Below are positions 37,121 through 46,807 of a DNA stretch of 64,000 bases, one piece after another (positions within the stretch are counted from its first letter, which is position 1; every line of letters starts with the position of its first letter). The notes beneath the pieces were generated by a model. It saw nothing but the letters and a program-made list of their open reading frames with translations. It searched no databases and had not been told where the DNA came from. The position numbers were made by a program, and so were the translations under genes. Origin of the DNA: Kiritimatiellia bacterium (GTDB taxonomy: Bacteria; Verrucomicrobiota; Kiritimatiellia; SLAD01); the NCBI GenBank assembly GCA_007134735.1, contig SLKG01000082.1, forward strand, positions 2,731-66,730, written 5' to 3'.

Positions 37121-38269
37121 ATGAAAACCCGCTTTATAACGGCAAGCGCATGGCTTTGGGTTGCCGTGTTGCCTCTTGAGATTCCGGCCGATAACGCTGA
37201 TTCGGCCGCCGGTCGTTCCACCCGGCATCAGACAAGGCCGGCGGAAATGCATGAGATCCACATCCATAGCTTTCCGGCCGCCCCCGGGGAAGAACGGGAA
37301 CCGCGAACACGCATACGCACAGATCGGGGTCATACCGACGACATGCCGGCATTGCCGTCTTTTCGACATGGCCATTTCATGCCTCCTTCGGCCCGGCCGC
37401 CCGGGGAACGCCCCAGGAGAAATTGGATCCTTCCCCCGCCGCTTGACGACGTGGAGGAGCGCGAGGAAAGCATACCCAGCGGATGGGGCTGGCTGGCCGA
37501 CGAGATGGCACACCGCCGTGAACTGGAGGATGCCGAACGACTCGAAGAGGAGGCGCGTGAAGAAAGCGAATTCTGGGAATCGCAATTCATGCCGGAGCAA
37601 GGCGAACAACCTCCGGACAGCTTGATTTTTGAATGGCCCCTTTGGATTACCGATATCGAGCAGGCTGGAACAGGACAGGATGACCGCGTAATCGACGTAT
37701 TCGACATGGACGCCGACTTGGCGGATGACGATGAACGAGATGTGGAACGGGCGTCCTTTCTGGAAATGAACTCCTTTTTCGACCCGGCGCTTCAAGAGGC
37801 CATTACGCGCGATGGAGGGCGAGAGCAGGATTCGCACGATAATCGCTGGGGAATGGATCGCATCTGGGGTGTTTCCGATGATATGGCCCGCAGGCCCTTC
37901 CTGTCCGAGGCACCCGTACAATCACGCATTCCAATGGTTCCGGAAAACATCCCCAGTCCCTTCGGATTGCCGGACGGTCCGGCCGCCCGAGGCGAGACCG
38001 CCGCAACCCGTGAATCCGTTCCGGGTGAAGCGGACGTCTCCAGCGGCGATGCGTTTCAGGAGGGGTGGGGATCGCCCGGTTCGTTCGATCCGGGCGGCAT
38101 GGTCTTCGAGTATCGCCCCTTCTATCCGGAGTCATCCGGCATCTCTGCGCGCCACACAGAGGACACACCGCGTACCGGCGGCTCTTTGGAGGAGCGATCC
38201 TCATTTCAGCCCGTATCCGAACGCACTCCGTCCATTTTCCGGAACGATGGATGGGCGGAAGACTGGTAA
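37121..38269 (+). CDS. secreted acidic low-complexity protein, unknown function
   Basis: 382 aa; signal peptide MKTRFITASAWLWVAVLPLEIPA; E/D/R-rich, no recognisable domain; divergent from S8 protease. Confidence 0.45.
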   Translation: MKTRFITASAWLWVAVLPLEIPADNADSAAGRSTRHQTRPAEMHEIHIHSFPAAPGEEREPRTRIRTDRGHTDDMPALPSFRHGHFMPPSARPPGERPRRNWILPPPLDDVEEREESIPSGWGWLADEMAHRRELEDAERLEEEAREESEFWESQFMPEQGEQPPDSLIFEWPLWITDIEQAGTGQDDRVIDVFDMDADLADDDERDVERASFLEMNSFFDPALQEAITRDGGREQDSHDNRWGMDRIWGVSDDMARRPFLSEAPVQSRIPMVPENIPSPFGLPDGPAARGETAATRESVPGEADVSSGDAFQEGWGSPGSFDPGGMVFEYRPFYPESSGISARHTEDTPRTGGSLEERSSFQPVSERTPSIFRNDGWAEDW

Positions 38270-38384
38270 GCATCCAACGCGTCCGGCTCTCTCCCGTATC
38301 TACTTTTCTGTTTCCGGAAACACGGTCTTTTGATATCGTCTGCACGAGCCTGCAAAACATCCATTACCAAGGCGAGAACGTGCC

Positions 38385-39704
38385 ATGATACCGCGATACA
38401 CCCGCCCCGAAATGGGGGCCATCTGGTCCGATGAGAACAAATACCAAAACTGGCTGGCCATCGAGGTGCTGGCTTGTGAGGCCATGCATCGACGGGGTCA
38501 GATCCCCGGACCGGATCTGAAGCGGATACAAAAGAAAGCACGTTTCGACATTCAACGAATCGAGGAAATCGAGCAGAAAGTCGATCATGATGTAATCGCC
38601 TTTCTGACCTGTGTGGCCGAACATGTGGGTCCTTCGGCCCGGTATATACACAAGGGGTTGACCAGTTCCGACGTGTTGGACACAGCGCTTGCGGTTCAGA
38701 TGGTCCAAGCGTCCGACCTGCTCATTCAAGGGGTGAAAACCGTGCGACGGGCCGCCGCTCAAAAAGCGCGGAAATACCAATACACCCCCATGATCGGACG
38801 CTCGCACGGCGTACATGCCGAACCCACGACGTTTGGGCTAAAAATGGCTCTGCTGTACGACGAATTCGGCCGCGCCCTGAAGCGCCTGGAGGCTGCGCGT
38901 GAAACCGTGCGCGTCGGGCAGCTTTCCGGCGCGGTCGGCACCCATGCGCACCTGGATCCCGCCATAGAAAAATACGTGTGTACGCGGCTTAAATTAAAAC
39001 CCGCCACGCTTTCCACCCAAATCCTCCAAAGGGATCGTCATGCGGAATTTGTATCCACCCTGGCACTCGTCGCCTCGTCCGTGGAGCGGTGGGCCCAGGA
39101 ATTCCGCCATCTTCAGCGTACCGAGGTGCTCGAGGTGGAAGAACATTTCGGAAAAGATCAGAAGGGTTCCTCCGCCATGCCGCACAAAAAGAATCCCATC
39201 ATTGGAGAACGGCTTTGCGGCATGGCGCGCCTGGTGCGGGGTTACGCGTTAACCGCCATGGAGAATGTGGCCTTGTGGCACGAACGCGATATCTCCCACT
39301 CCTCCGCCGAGCGCGTGATCCTGCCGGACGCCTGTATCGCCCTCGATTACATGCTGGCCAAACTCGAACACCTGGTGCGCACGTTGAAGGTGTATCCGAA
39401 GCGTATGGAACAGAACCTGAACGCCACACACGGACTCGTGCACTCGCAGTCCGTGTTGCTGATGTTAACCGAACAGGGCGTGTCCCGGGAGATGGCCTAC
39501 CGATGGGTTCAACGTAACGCGATGAAGGCCTGGGAGGACGGAAACGATTTCAAGACCCTGCTCGAAAACGATCCCGATATCAAGCGGCGGATCAAGCCGG
39601 AGGCTCTGGAAGCGGCGTTCGACCTGAAGAAACATTTCCGGCACGTGGACCGGGCCTTCCGGGCCTTGGGACTGGGCAAGAGAGCGGGCCGATCTTCAAC
39701 ATAA
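38385..39704 (+). CDS. purB: adenylosuccinate lyase
   Basis: 439 aa; MIPRYTRPEMGAIWSDENKYQNWL N-terminus and fumarate-lyase signature GSSAMPHKKNP. Confidence 0.95.
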   Translation: MIPRYTRPEMGAIWSDENKYQNWLAIEVLACEAMHRRGQIPGPDLKRIQKKARFDIQRIEEIEQKVDHDVIAFLTCVAEHVGPSARYIHKGLTSSDVLDTALAVQMVQASDLLIQGVKTVRRAAAQKARKYQYTPMIGRSHGVHAEPTTFGLKMALLYDEFGRALKRLEAARETVRVGQLSGAVGTHAHLDPAIEKYVCTRLKLKPATLSTQILQRDRHAEFVSTLALVASSVERWAQEFRHLQRTEVLEVEEHFGKDQKGSSAMPHKKNPIIGERLCGMARLVRGYALTAMENVALWHERDISHSSAERVILPDACIALDYMLAKLEHLVRTLKVYPKRMEQNLNATHGLVHSQSVLLMLTEQGVSREMAYRWVQRNAMKAWEDGNDFKTLLENDPDIKRRIKPEALEAAFDLKKHFRHVDRAFRALGLGKRAGRSST

Positions 39705-39739
39705 TCAACAACCACCGCTTAAATGGTTAAGGAACCGGT

Positions 39740-41374
39740 ATGAACAAAATCCAACGAGCCATCATTAGTGTCAGCGACAAAACAAACATGGTGGAGTTTG
39801 CCTCCGCATTGGCGGAAATGGGCGTTGAAATACTGTCCACCGGGGGAACGGCCGGCGCGTTGCGCGATGCCGGCATCGCCGTCACCGATGTGTCTGAATT
39901 CACCGGGTTTCCCGAGATGCTCGACGGGCGCGTCAAGACACTTCACCCGCACGTGCACGCCGGCATCCTTTTTCGCCGGGACCGGGCGGAGCATGTGCAA
40001 ACCATGAAGGAACACCGATTGGCGCCGGTTGACCTGGTTTGTGTCAATCTGTATCCCTTTGAAGACACGATCGCCGATAAAACCGCCTCGTTTGAGGACG
40101 CGATCGAGAACATCGACATCGGCGGCCCTGCCATGCTTCGGTCCGCCGCCAAGAATTTCAGTGCCGTCACCGTCGTCGTCGATCCGGCCGATTATACCCG
40201 CGTACTGGAGGACATGAAGACCCACCAGGGGCAAACCACGGAAGCCCTTCGGATGGAACTGGCGCAAAAAGTGTTCGCACGGCTGGCGGCGTACAATGCC
40301 GCCATCGCGCACTATCTCTGCGAACACATCCCGGCGGAGAAGCAGGCGCCGCCCTTTGTGTTGGCCTATGGCGCGGGAACCACCCTGCGGTACGGGGAGA
40401 ACCCACACCAGGAAGCGGCGCTCTACCGGGATGCGCACACCTCCGGCGCAACGCTGGCCCACGCGGAGCAATGGCACGGGAAGGAGCTTTCCTACAACAA
40501 TTATCTCGATGGCGACGCCGCCCTGGAAGCGGCCCGGGAGCTGGCCGATCAAACCGGTGTGGCCATCATCAAGCATTCCAATCCCTGTGGCTACGCCACG
40601 GGAAAGAATCTTTCCGAAGCGTTTGAAGCGGCCTGGGCCGGCGATCCGGTTTCGGCGTTCGGCAGCGTGATCGCGGTTACACGGCGGGTAACGCTCGACA
40701 TGGCCGAGCAGTTGAAAGGGCGTTTCGTCGAGGTACTGATCGCGCCGGACTTTGACAAAGACGCGCTGGAATACCTCAAGCAAAAGAGCGCCAGCCTGCG
40801 CCTCCTCAAGCTCACGCGCCCCCTGGCCCCGCTTCCGCCGGGAAATACGGTTCGCCCGATTTCCGGCGGATTGCTTGTCCAGAGCCGCGATATCGGGCTG
40901 ATGGATAACTGGTTTGTGCCGACGGAAACACCGTTTCCGGAAGAACGCCGCGCATTGGCTGAATTCGGCATCGCCGCCTGTAAACACGTCAAATCCAACG
41001 CTATTGTCATCGTACGCGAGTACGCGCCGGGCCAATTCATGCAACTGGGCATGGGGGCCGGCCAACCGAACCGGGTGGACGCCCTGCGCAAACTGGCGCT
41101 GGCACGTTGTACCGAAAACATGGAAAAATTATTCGCGACCGAGAAGGTATATGGAAAAACCCTTCCGGAATATCAAATGGAGATTCTGCACGATTGCGTG
41201 TTGGTGTCCGACGCCTTCTTCCCGTTCGCCGACAGCATTGAATACGCGGCGGAGGCCGGCATCCGCAATATCGTTCAACCCGGCGGATCAAAACGGGACG
41301 AAGAAGTAATCTCCAAGTGCGATCAATACGGCATTGCCATGGCCTTCACCGGGATGCGCCATTTCCGGCATTAA
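39740..41374 (+). CDS. purH: bifunctional AICAR transformylase / IMP cyclohydrolase
   Basis: 544 aa; MGS-like N-domain ISVSDKT...LSTGGTA and AICARFT domain; ends MRHFRH. Confidence 0.95.
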   Translation: MNKIQRAIISVSDKTNMVEFASALAEMGVEILSTGGTAGALRDAGIAVTDVSEFTGFPEMLDGRVKTLHPHVHAGILFRRDRAEHVQTMKEHRLAPVDLVCVNLYPFEDTIADKTASFEDAIENIDIGGPAMLRSAAKNFSAVTVVVDPADYTRVLEDMKTHQGQTTEALRMELAQKVFARLAAYNAAIAHYLCEHIPAEKQAPPFVLAYGAGTTLRYGENPHQEAALYRDAHTSGATLAHAEQWHGKELSYNNYLDGDAALEAARELADQTGVAIIKHSNPCGYATGKNLSEAFEAAWAGDPVSAFGSVIAVTRRVTLDMAEQLKGRFVEVLIAPDFDKDALEYLKQKSASLRLLKLTRPLAPLPPGNTVRPISGGLLVQSRDIGLMDNWFVPTETPFPEERRALAEFGIAACKHVKSNAIVIVREYAPGQFMQLGMGAGQPNRVDALRKLALARCTENMEKLFATEKVYGKTLPEYQMEILHDCVLVSDAFFPFADSIEYAAEAGIRNIVQPGGSKRDEEVISKCDQYGIAMAFTGMRHFRH

Positions 41375-41463
41375 GACCGAAGAGGGTCGTGCGGCGCTTC
41401 GCATACGCTCGTCCCTTTGTTCCGGCATCCTTGCGCACGGACCGAAACCTCCGTGGCTCCGGG

Positions 41464-42114
41464 TCACCGCTTCCGCCGAGTTCGGGCAACATCTCGCGAC
41501 AGGGTGATGATCGTCTTGGGAAGAAAAGGCGCCGCTTCCTTGGGAATGACGATATGGAGCCGGTGCATGGCCCCCGACAAATACGGCAAGTCCGGCGTGT
41601 GGCCGGCATCAAAAATAGATTGCAGGTCGTCCATGTCCTTGGCTCGCAGGCGCGTCGAGGATAAGGCATGCAGCTTGGAGAGAATGACATCTTCGAGCGT
41701 GAGCACCGGCACCGGGCCAAAACCGAAATTCACCTGGTTGAATTGCGCGCGTGTTACGGCCTCCCCAGCCCAGGGAATGGCCGGTAGAAGGATATCAACG
41801 CCTTCTCCGGACGTGTCGTCCTTGGCGCGCCCAAACACCATGAGCGGTTTCGTGCTCTTGCGACGGATAGCGAAGAGCGGGCCGCCCGCCAGATCGGCCT
41901 CGCGGGCTATGCCCGCGTGCAAACCCAATGAACGGATGATTTCCGCGGCCGTTCGAAGTCCCTTCGTCCCGGTTGCTATGACCAAGTCCACATCCATGGT
42001 CAGCCGGGGCTCGCGCCGGTACAGGTCGGCGGCAAACCCGCCGGCCACGGCGAAGGGGACCTTTCTCCTGCGTAGTTCAGCCACGGCCGATTGGAACAGC
42101 TTATCGAGCTTCAT
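41464..42114 (-). CDS. minimal nucleotidyltransferase (AbiEii/DUF1814-like, Pol-beta superfamily)
   Basis: 216 aa; VAGGFAADLY...RLTMDVDLVI = G[GS]..x9-13 DxD NTase motif; overlaps upstream wHTH gene by 14 nt. Confidence 0.5.
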   Translation of the reverse strand: MKLDKLFQSAVAELRRRKVPFAVAGGFAADLYRREPRLTMDVDLVIATGTKGLRTAAEIIRSLGLHAGIAREADLAGGPLFAIRRKSTKPLMVFGRAKDDTSGEGVDILLPAIPWAGEAVTRAQFNQVNFGFGPVPVLTLEDVILSKLHALSSTRLRAKDMDDLQSIFDAGHTPDLPYLSGAMHRLHIVIPKEAAPFLPKTIITLSRDVARTRRKR

Positions 42115-42484
42115 CCTTCGATCTCCTTGCGTGCGCGCGGATTTTGTTCGCCCGGTTCAACAACGGTAGAATACGACGCGCCGTGCGATTCAAGGAACGG
42201 CTCCGCATTTTGATGAAGCCGCGTTCCGAAGCCTCAAATACCGGCATGAGCACCTCGGCATGCGGATGGTTCCGGTTCAGATGGTATAATGCGCGGGAGC
42301 CCCTTCGTTTCCTCTTCACCATTCCCGCTTCGACCAGTGAGGACAACGCCAATTCCGCTGAATGCGGGTGTACGTCTGCGAGTCTCGCCGCCTGCCGCAA
42401 ACCGATGGGATCCGCATGATGCGACAAGGCCCTCAGGATCTCCGCCTGGCTTACCGTACTAAATAATGTTCCCCAATTAGCCAT
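42101..42484 (-). CDS. winged-helix DNA-binding protein (MarR/ArsR-like), putative partner/antitoxin of the NTase
   Basis: 127 aa; predicted wHTH SQAEILRALSHHADPIGLRQAARLADVHPHSAELALSSLVEAGMV; translationally coupled to NTase. Confidence 0.5.
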   Translation of the reverse strand: MANWGTLFSTVSQAEILRALSHHADPIGLRQAARLADVHPHSAELALSSLVEAGMVKRKRRGSRALYHLNRNHPHAEVLMPVFEASERGFIKMRSRSLNRTARRILPLLNRANKIRAHARRSKDEAR

Positions 42485-42525
42485 AATTATATGTACAACT
42501 ATTTAGACACTTATTGCAACCGAAA

Positions 42526-42556
42526 AATGCCCGCACCGGATCCTGTGCGGGCTGTG
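42526..42556 (-). terminator. hairpin plus T-tract (minus strand) between repeat array and wHTH-NTase operon
   Basis: gcccgcac-aggatccg-gtgcgggc followed by aTTTTT on the minus strand. Confidence 0.4.
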
Positions 42557-42595
42557 TCAAGAAACCGCTCATACCGCAACCGCGGGATTCGCCCC

Positions 42596-42885
42596 CCCCA
42601 TATCAACGAATAACCGTTAATTTTAGGTGGAGGGCGAGGCTCTCGCCGAGCCGGGATCGCTCCGCACGCATCGCCTGTCTCCCGGCTCAGCAGGAGCTTC
42701 GCCCTCCATACCAACGAATAACTGTTGCTTTGTTGTTAAGGGCTGGGGCGAGGCTCTCGCCGAGCCGGGATCGCTCCGCACGCATCGCCTGTCTCACGGC
42801 TCAGCAGGAGCTTCGCCCTCCATCACCAACGAATAACAGTTGCTCTGTTGTTAAGGGCTGGGGCGAGGGTCTTGACGAGCCAGAA
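42596..42885. repeat. tandem array (~116-bp unit x 2.5) of long REP-like hairpins (family 1-related)
   Basis: Units begin CA(T/C)(A/C)CAACGAATAAC(C/T)GTT...; each contains GGAGGGCGAGGCTCTCGCCGAGCCGGGA / TCCCGGCTCAGCAGGAGCTTCGCCCTCC arms around a 25-nt loop; unit-to-unit identity >90%. Confidence 0.75.
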
Positions 42886-43004
42886 ATCGGTTTTGATACA
42901 GCCCCAGGACGGCGCTTTGTTGAACTACAGACGTGTTCAAGACGAGCTTATCACTCACGGCGATATTGCACGACAAGTTGTGTAATATCCGGGCTAAAAA
43001 ACCC

Positions 43005-44156
43005 CTACAACGCGCGATTCAAGATCGCACGTAATTCCTCATCGGTCAGTTCGATGGGATTGCCTTTCATGCTGCTCGATCGGCGGGATTTGGGGATGAT
43101 GTCGGCAAAATCCGTTTCGGCGATGCCGTATGCCGCCAACGGCGGAACATCAAGGGTTTCGCACAGGTCCCGCACCCAGGCAAGCCCGTCTTCGGTTCCG
43201 GCGCCGGGCCGTCCGGTCAGCATTTTCGCGATTTCTTCATAACGACACAACGACGTGTGATCCGGATCGCGCGCCTGCAGGGCCGTGATATTGGCTTCCA
43301 TGACAAACGGCAACAGCCGAGCGCACACCGCGCCGTGCGGCGCCGGGTACATGCCGCCGAGCGGTCCGGCCAAGCCGTGTACGGCGCCCAGCCGCGCGTT
43401 GGCCAGCGCCATCCCGCTGAAGAGTGCCGCAAGGCACATGTCTGAACGCGCCTTCGCGTCCCGCCCGTCTTCCCACGCCGTGCGCAAACTCCCCGCACGT
43501 CGCAAACCCTCGCGGCACACCGCGTCGGTGACCGGGTTCGCATTATCGCTCACGAAAACCTCCATAAGCTGGGTCAACGCGTCCAATCCCGACGCGGCCG
43601 TCGCCGCGCGCGGAAGATCGTACGTGAGTTCGGGATCCACCACGGCATATCGCGGCAGCATAAGATGACTTCGCATGCTGACCTTGACCCGGTGTTCCGG
43701 GGACCCCACCACGGCGTTACGGGTCACCTCGGCGCCGGTCCCGGCCGTGGTCGGAACGGCGATGAACGGCGCGGCGGGGCGCGCCAGCGGTTTGCCCCGG
43801 CCGATGATCTCAAGATAATCCGGCACATCGCCCTCGTTCGTCATCAGCGCGGAAATCATTTTGGCCGTATCCATTACGCTTCCGCCGCCGATGCCGACGA
43901 CCACATCGCAACCGGCTTCGCGCGCCCGATTCAAACCCTCCGCGATCGTTTCCGTGGTGGGTTCGCCGGAAACGCTGAACTCGGTTGCGCGGGTATTCTG
44001 ATCCTTAAGCCGACCGAGAAGCGCGGACGCGTATCGACGGGAACGGCCGGTTACGAGTAACACGTGTTTTCCCGATTCGGCCGCCAGGGCCGGCACGGTT
44101 CCGACGGTCCCTTCCCCGAAGATGATTCTTCCGGCTGTGGCAAATTCAAAGTTCAT
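43005..44156 (-). CDS. iron-containing alcohol dehydrogenase
   Basis: 383 aa; Fe-ADH signatures GGGSVMDTAK and metal-binding His cluster. Confidence 0.85.
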   Translation of the reverse strand: MNFEFATAGRIIFGEGTVGTVPALAAESGKHVLLVTGRSRRYASALLGRLKDQNTRATEFSVSGEPTTETIAEGLNRAREAGCDVVVGIGGGSVMDTAKMISALMTNEGDVPDYLEIIGRGKPLARPAAPFIAVPTTAGTGAEVTRNAVVGSPEHRVKVSMRSHLMLPRYAVVDPELTYDLPRAATAASGLDALTQLMEVFVSDNANPVTDAVCREGLRRAGSLRTAWEDGRDAKARSDMCLAALFSGMALANARLGAVHGLAGPLGGMYPAPHGAVCARLLPFVMEANITALQARDPDHTSLCRYEEIAKMLTGRPGAGTEDGLAWVRDLCETLDVPPLAAYGIAETDFADIIPKSRRSSSMKGNPIELTDEELRAILNRAL

Positions 44157-44194
44157 GCTTTTTCCCAGTCGTTGGAACTATTTCGCGCCTTTGC

Positions 44195-44209
44195 TTCCAA
44201 TCATTGGAA
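44195..44209. promoter_or_regulatory. 15-bp palindromic operator-like site TTCCAAtcaTTGGAA upstream of Fe-ADH
   Basis: Same palindrome family as 18066/18098; plus half-site tcgTTGGAA at 44169-44177; 39 bp upstream of ADH start. Confidence 0.45.
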
Positions 44210-44222
44210 ATCGCGTGGCGGG

Positions 44223-44543
44223 TCACCACCCCTGATCATCCGGAAAGAGGTTGACGTATTTCACGCTGTACCGCGGTTCGGCCATCATGTCCGCGACGGC
44301 ATCCCGCCATTGGGCGTAGTGCGCGGTTTCCTTGTGCGCGGCGGGGGCGTCGGGTGTTTTGTAGGCCTCGACCAATACAAAGCGGCGGGGATCATCTTGT
44401 TGTTGGACCACGTCAAAACGGGCCACCCCCGGCTCCTCAAGACTGCAACGTGCATTTGCGAGCGAGGCGGCTTTGAAGGCCTCCACGCATTCCGGCTTCA
44501 CATGAACATGCACGTGCACCACCAATAAAGACATCTGGATCAC
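44223..44543 (-). CDS. antibiotic-biosynthesis-monooxygenase (ABM/Dabb)-family protein
   Basis: ~100 aa ferredoxin-like ABM pattern ([13 protein letters not shown]....A....EPG...F.V.Q...DP..F.L.E.Y); likely co-transcribed with Fe-ADH. Confidence 0.5.
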   Translation of the reverse strand: MIQMSLLVVHVHVHVKPECVEAFKAASLANARCSLEEPGVARFDVVQQQDDPRRFVLVEAYKTPDAPAAHKETAHYAQWRDAVADMMAEPRYSVKYVNLFPDDQGW

Positions 44544-44928
44544 CTCCCGGAACTACTTCTTTCTCCTGTATACCGTCCCCGGGGAAATATGACAATGAAG
44601 ACCCGTTCCCAGCCCCCTGAGAGGAGAAAAAAATGACCGGATTATCCAATATTCCTTTGAAATACGGAGTCCTTCGAAAAAAATTTATCCCCCGTGTAAG
44701 GTTGGTCTGGGATATACGACTCCAGTGATGGGAGGTCGGTCCGCGGCATTAACCCTGTGCCCCTGTCACCCGCCGGACACGGCCTCCCCCTTTTTTGTGC
44801 CGGCACCGCGATATGGCGGTATTCCCGCCGCGATTCCTGCTGTGAAGGAGATGCCCCCCCCAAGCAGGCCCAAGCGGGCCGTGTGGCAGGGTTAGGCTAT
44901 GCTTTGTTGGAAACCGAAAACCCGCGCA

Positions 44929-46728
44929 TCAGGCTTTTTTCAGTCGTTCTTCAAGCTTCTCAAGCTCTTCCCGAAGCTCGTTCGGCAATTTTTCTCCGAA
45001 TTGGTCGTAGTGCTTGGCCATGTCGGGTAATTCCTTGAGCCATTCTTCGGTGTTGACCTTGAGCAATTCGTCCAGTTCCTGTCCGGATAGATCGAGTCCT
45101 TCTACATCGATGGCTTCCGGCGTGGGAAGGTAACCAACGGGGGTCTCCTGGGCTTCCGCCTTTCCGGCGCAGCGTTCGCAGATCCATTTCAGAACCCGGC
45201 TGTTTTCGCCGAATCCGGGCCAGAGCCACTTTCCGTCGTCGCTCTTGCGGAACCAGTTCACGTAGTAGATTTTCGGAAGCTTCGTTTCGTCGGCGGATCG
45301 GCCGATCCGGATCCAGTGCGCGAGGTAGTCGCCCATGTGGTATCCGCAGAACGGCAGCATGGCCATGGGATCGCGGCGGACTTCACCGACCTTGCCCGCG
45401 GCGGCGGCCGTCTTTTCAGAAGACATCACGGAGGCCAGAAACGTTCCTTGCTGCCAATCGAAGGCCTCGTTGACCAACGGGATCGTGGTGGCGCGCCGGC
45501 CGCCGAAGAGGAAGGCGTCGATGGGCACGCCCTTCGGGTCTTCCCATTCGTCCGCAATCACGGGGCACTGGCGGGCCGGGGTGGTAAACCGGGAGTTGGG
45601 ATGCGCGGCTTTTCGTCCGCACTTCGGCGTCCAAGGTCTCCGCAGCCAGTCGAACAGTTGTTCCGGCTGTTCGTCGGTCATTTCCTCCCACCAGATATCG
45701 CCGTCCGGCGTGATGGCGCAGTTGGTGAAGATGCTGTTGGCGTGCAGGGTGCGCACGGCATTCGGATTGGAAGCCATACTGGTACCCGGCGCCACGCCGA
45801 AGAATCCGGCTTCCGGATTGATGGCATACAAACGGCCGTCCTCACCGAATTTCATCCATGCGATATCGTCGCCTATGGTTTCCACCTTCCAACCCGGAAT
45901 GGTGGGCTCCATCATGGCCAGGTTGGTCTTGCCGCAGGCGCTGGGAAACGCGGCGGCCACATATTTCACATCACCCTCGGGCGAGGTGATCTTCAAGATC
46001 AACATATGCTCAGCCATCCAGCCCTCATCGCGGGCCTGGACGGAGGCGATGCGCAGGGCATGGCATTTCTTACCGAGCAGGGCGTTTCCGCCGTAGCCGG
46101 AACCGTAGGACCAGATCTCCCGTGTTTCCGGATAATGGGTAATATACTTGTTTTCGGCGTTGCAAGGCCACGGGACATCCGGGGTTTTGGGTTCCGGAAG
46201 CGGCGCGCCGATGGAATGGATACCGCGCACGAAGTCTTCGCTGTCGCCCAGCACTTCGAGGACCTTGGTTCCTACGCGGGCCATGATATGCATGTTGACC
46301 ACCACATAGGCTGAGTCGGTCAATTCGATCCCGACCTTGGCAATGGGGCTTCCAATAGGACCCATGGAATAGGGGATCACATACATGGTGCGGCCCTTCA
46401 TGCATCCGTCATAGAACTTACGGAGGGTCGTCTTCATTTCCTTGGGGTCGGCCCAATTGTTGGTCGGCCCGGCGTCTTCTTCCTTTTCCGAGCAAATGAA
46501 GGTAAATTCCTCGACCCGGGCTACGTCGGCCGGATCGGAACGGCAGAAAAAGCTGTTGGGGCGAATTTCGTCATTCAAGCGGATAAACGTGCCGCCCTTG
46601 ACCAAGGCATTGGTGCACCGATCGTATTCCTCTTTGGATCCATCGCACCAGACCACCTCGTCCGGCTGGCACATGGCGGCGACTTCATCCACCCAATCCA
46701 GTAATTTTTTATTCTTTGTAGCCGTCAT
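44929..46728 (-). CDS. pckG: phosphoenolpyruvate carboxykinase (GTP)
   Basis: Start at [15 protein letters not shown] (ATG 46728, GAGGAGG RBS); GTP-PEPCK hallmarks incl. kinase-1a loop and C-terminal domain; ~599 aa. Confidence 0.9.
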   Translation of the reverse strand: MTATKNKKLLDWVDEVAAMCQPDEVVWCDGSKEEYDRCTNALVKGGTFIRLNDEIRPNSFFCRSDPADVARVEEFTFICSEKEEDAGPTNNWADPKEMKTTLRKFYDGCMKGRTMYVIPYSMGPIGSPIAKVGIELTDSAYVVVNMHIMARVGTKVLEVLGDSEDFVRGIHSIGAPLPEPKTPDVPWPCNAENKYITHYPETREIWSYGSGYGGNALLGKKCHALRIASVQARDEGWMAEHMLILKITSPEGDVKYVAAAFPSACGKTNLAMMEPTIPGWKVETIGDDIAWMKFGEDGRLYAINPEAGFFGVAPGTSMASNPNAVRTLHANSIFTNCAITPDGDIWWEEMTDEQPEQLFDWLRRPWTPKCGRKAAHPNSRFTTPARQCPVIADEWEDPKGVPIDAFLFGGRRATTIPLVNEAFDWQQGTFLASVMSSEKTAAAAGKVGEVRRDPMAMLPFCGYHMGDYLAHWIRIGRSADETKLPKIYYVNWFRKSDDGKWLWPGFGENSRVLKWICERCAGKAEAQETPVGYLPTPEAIDVEGLDLSGQELDELLKVNTEEWLKELPDMAKHYDQFGEKLPNELREELEKLEERLKKA

Positions 46729-46807
46729 TCCGACCTCCTCGGTTTGTTTGCATGAAAGTTGATTGCCGAATATACCGATGACGTTCCGGATGTAAATAGG
46801 AATTGAA

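Noticed and set aside
39641-39648. Additional parS-like site (GGCACGTGGACC) near the 3' end of purB
   Set aside because: Only the central CACGTG is shared. The flanks do not match the TGTTCC/GGAACA half-sites.
42596-42885. Possible CRISPR array
   Set aside because: The unit is about 116 bp with no unique spacers. Each unit is a long inverted repeat related to dispersed REP family 1, so this is a BIME-like tandem duplication.
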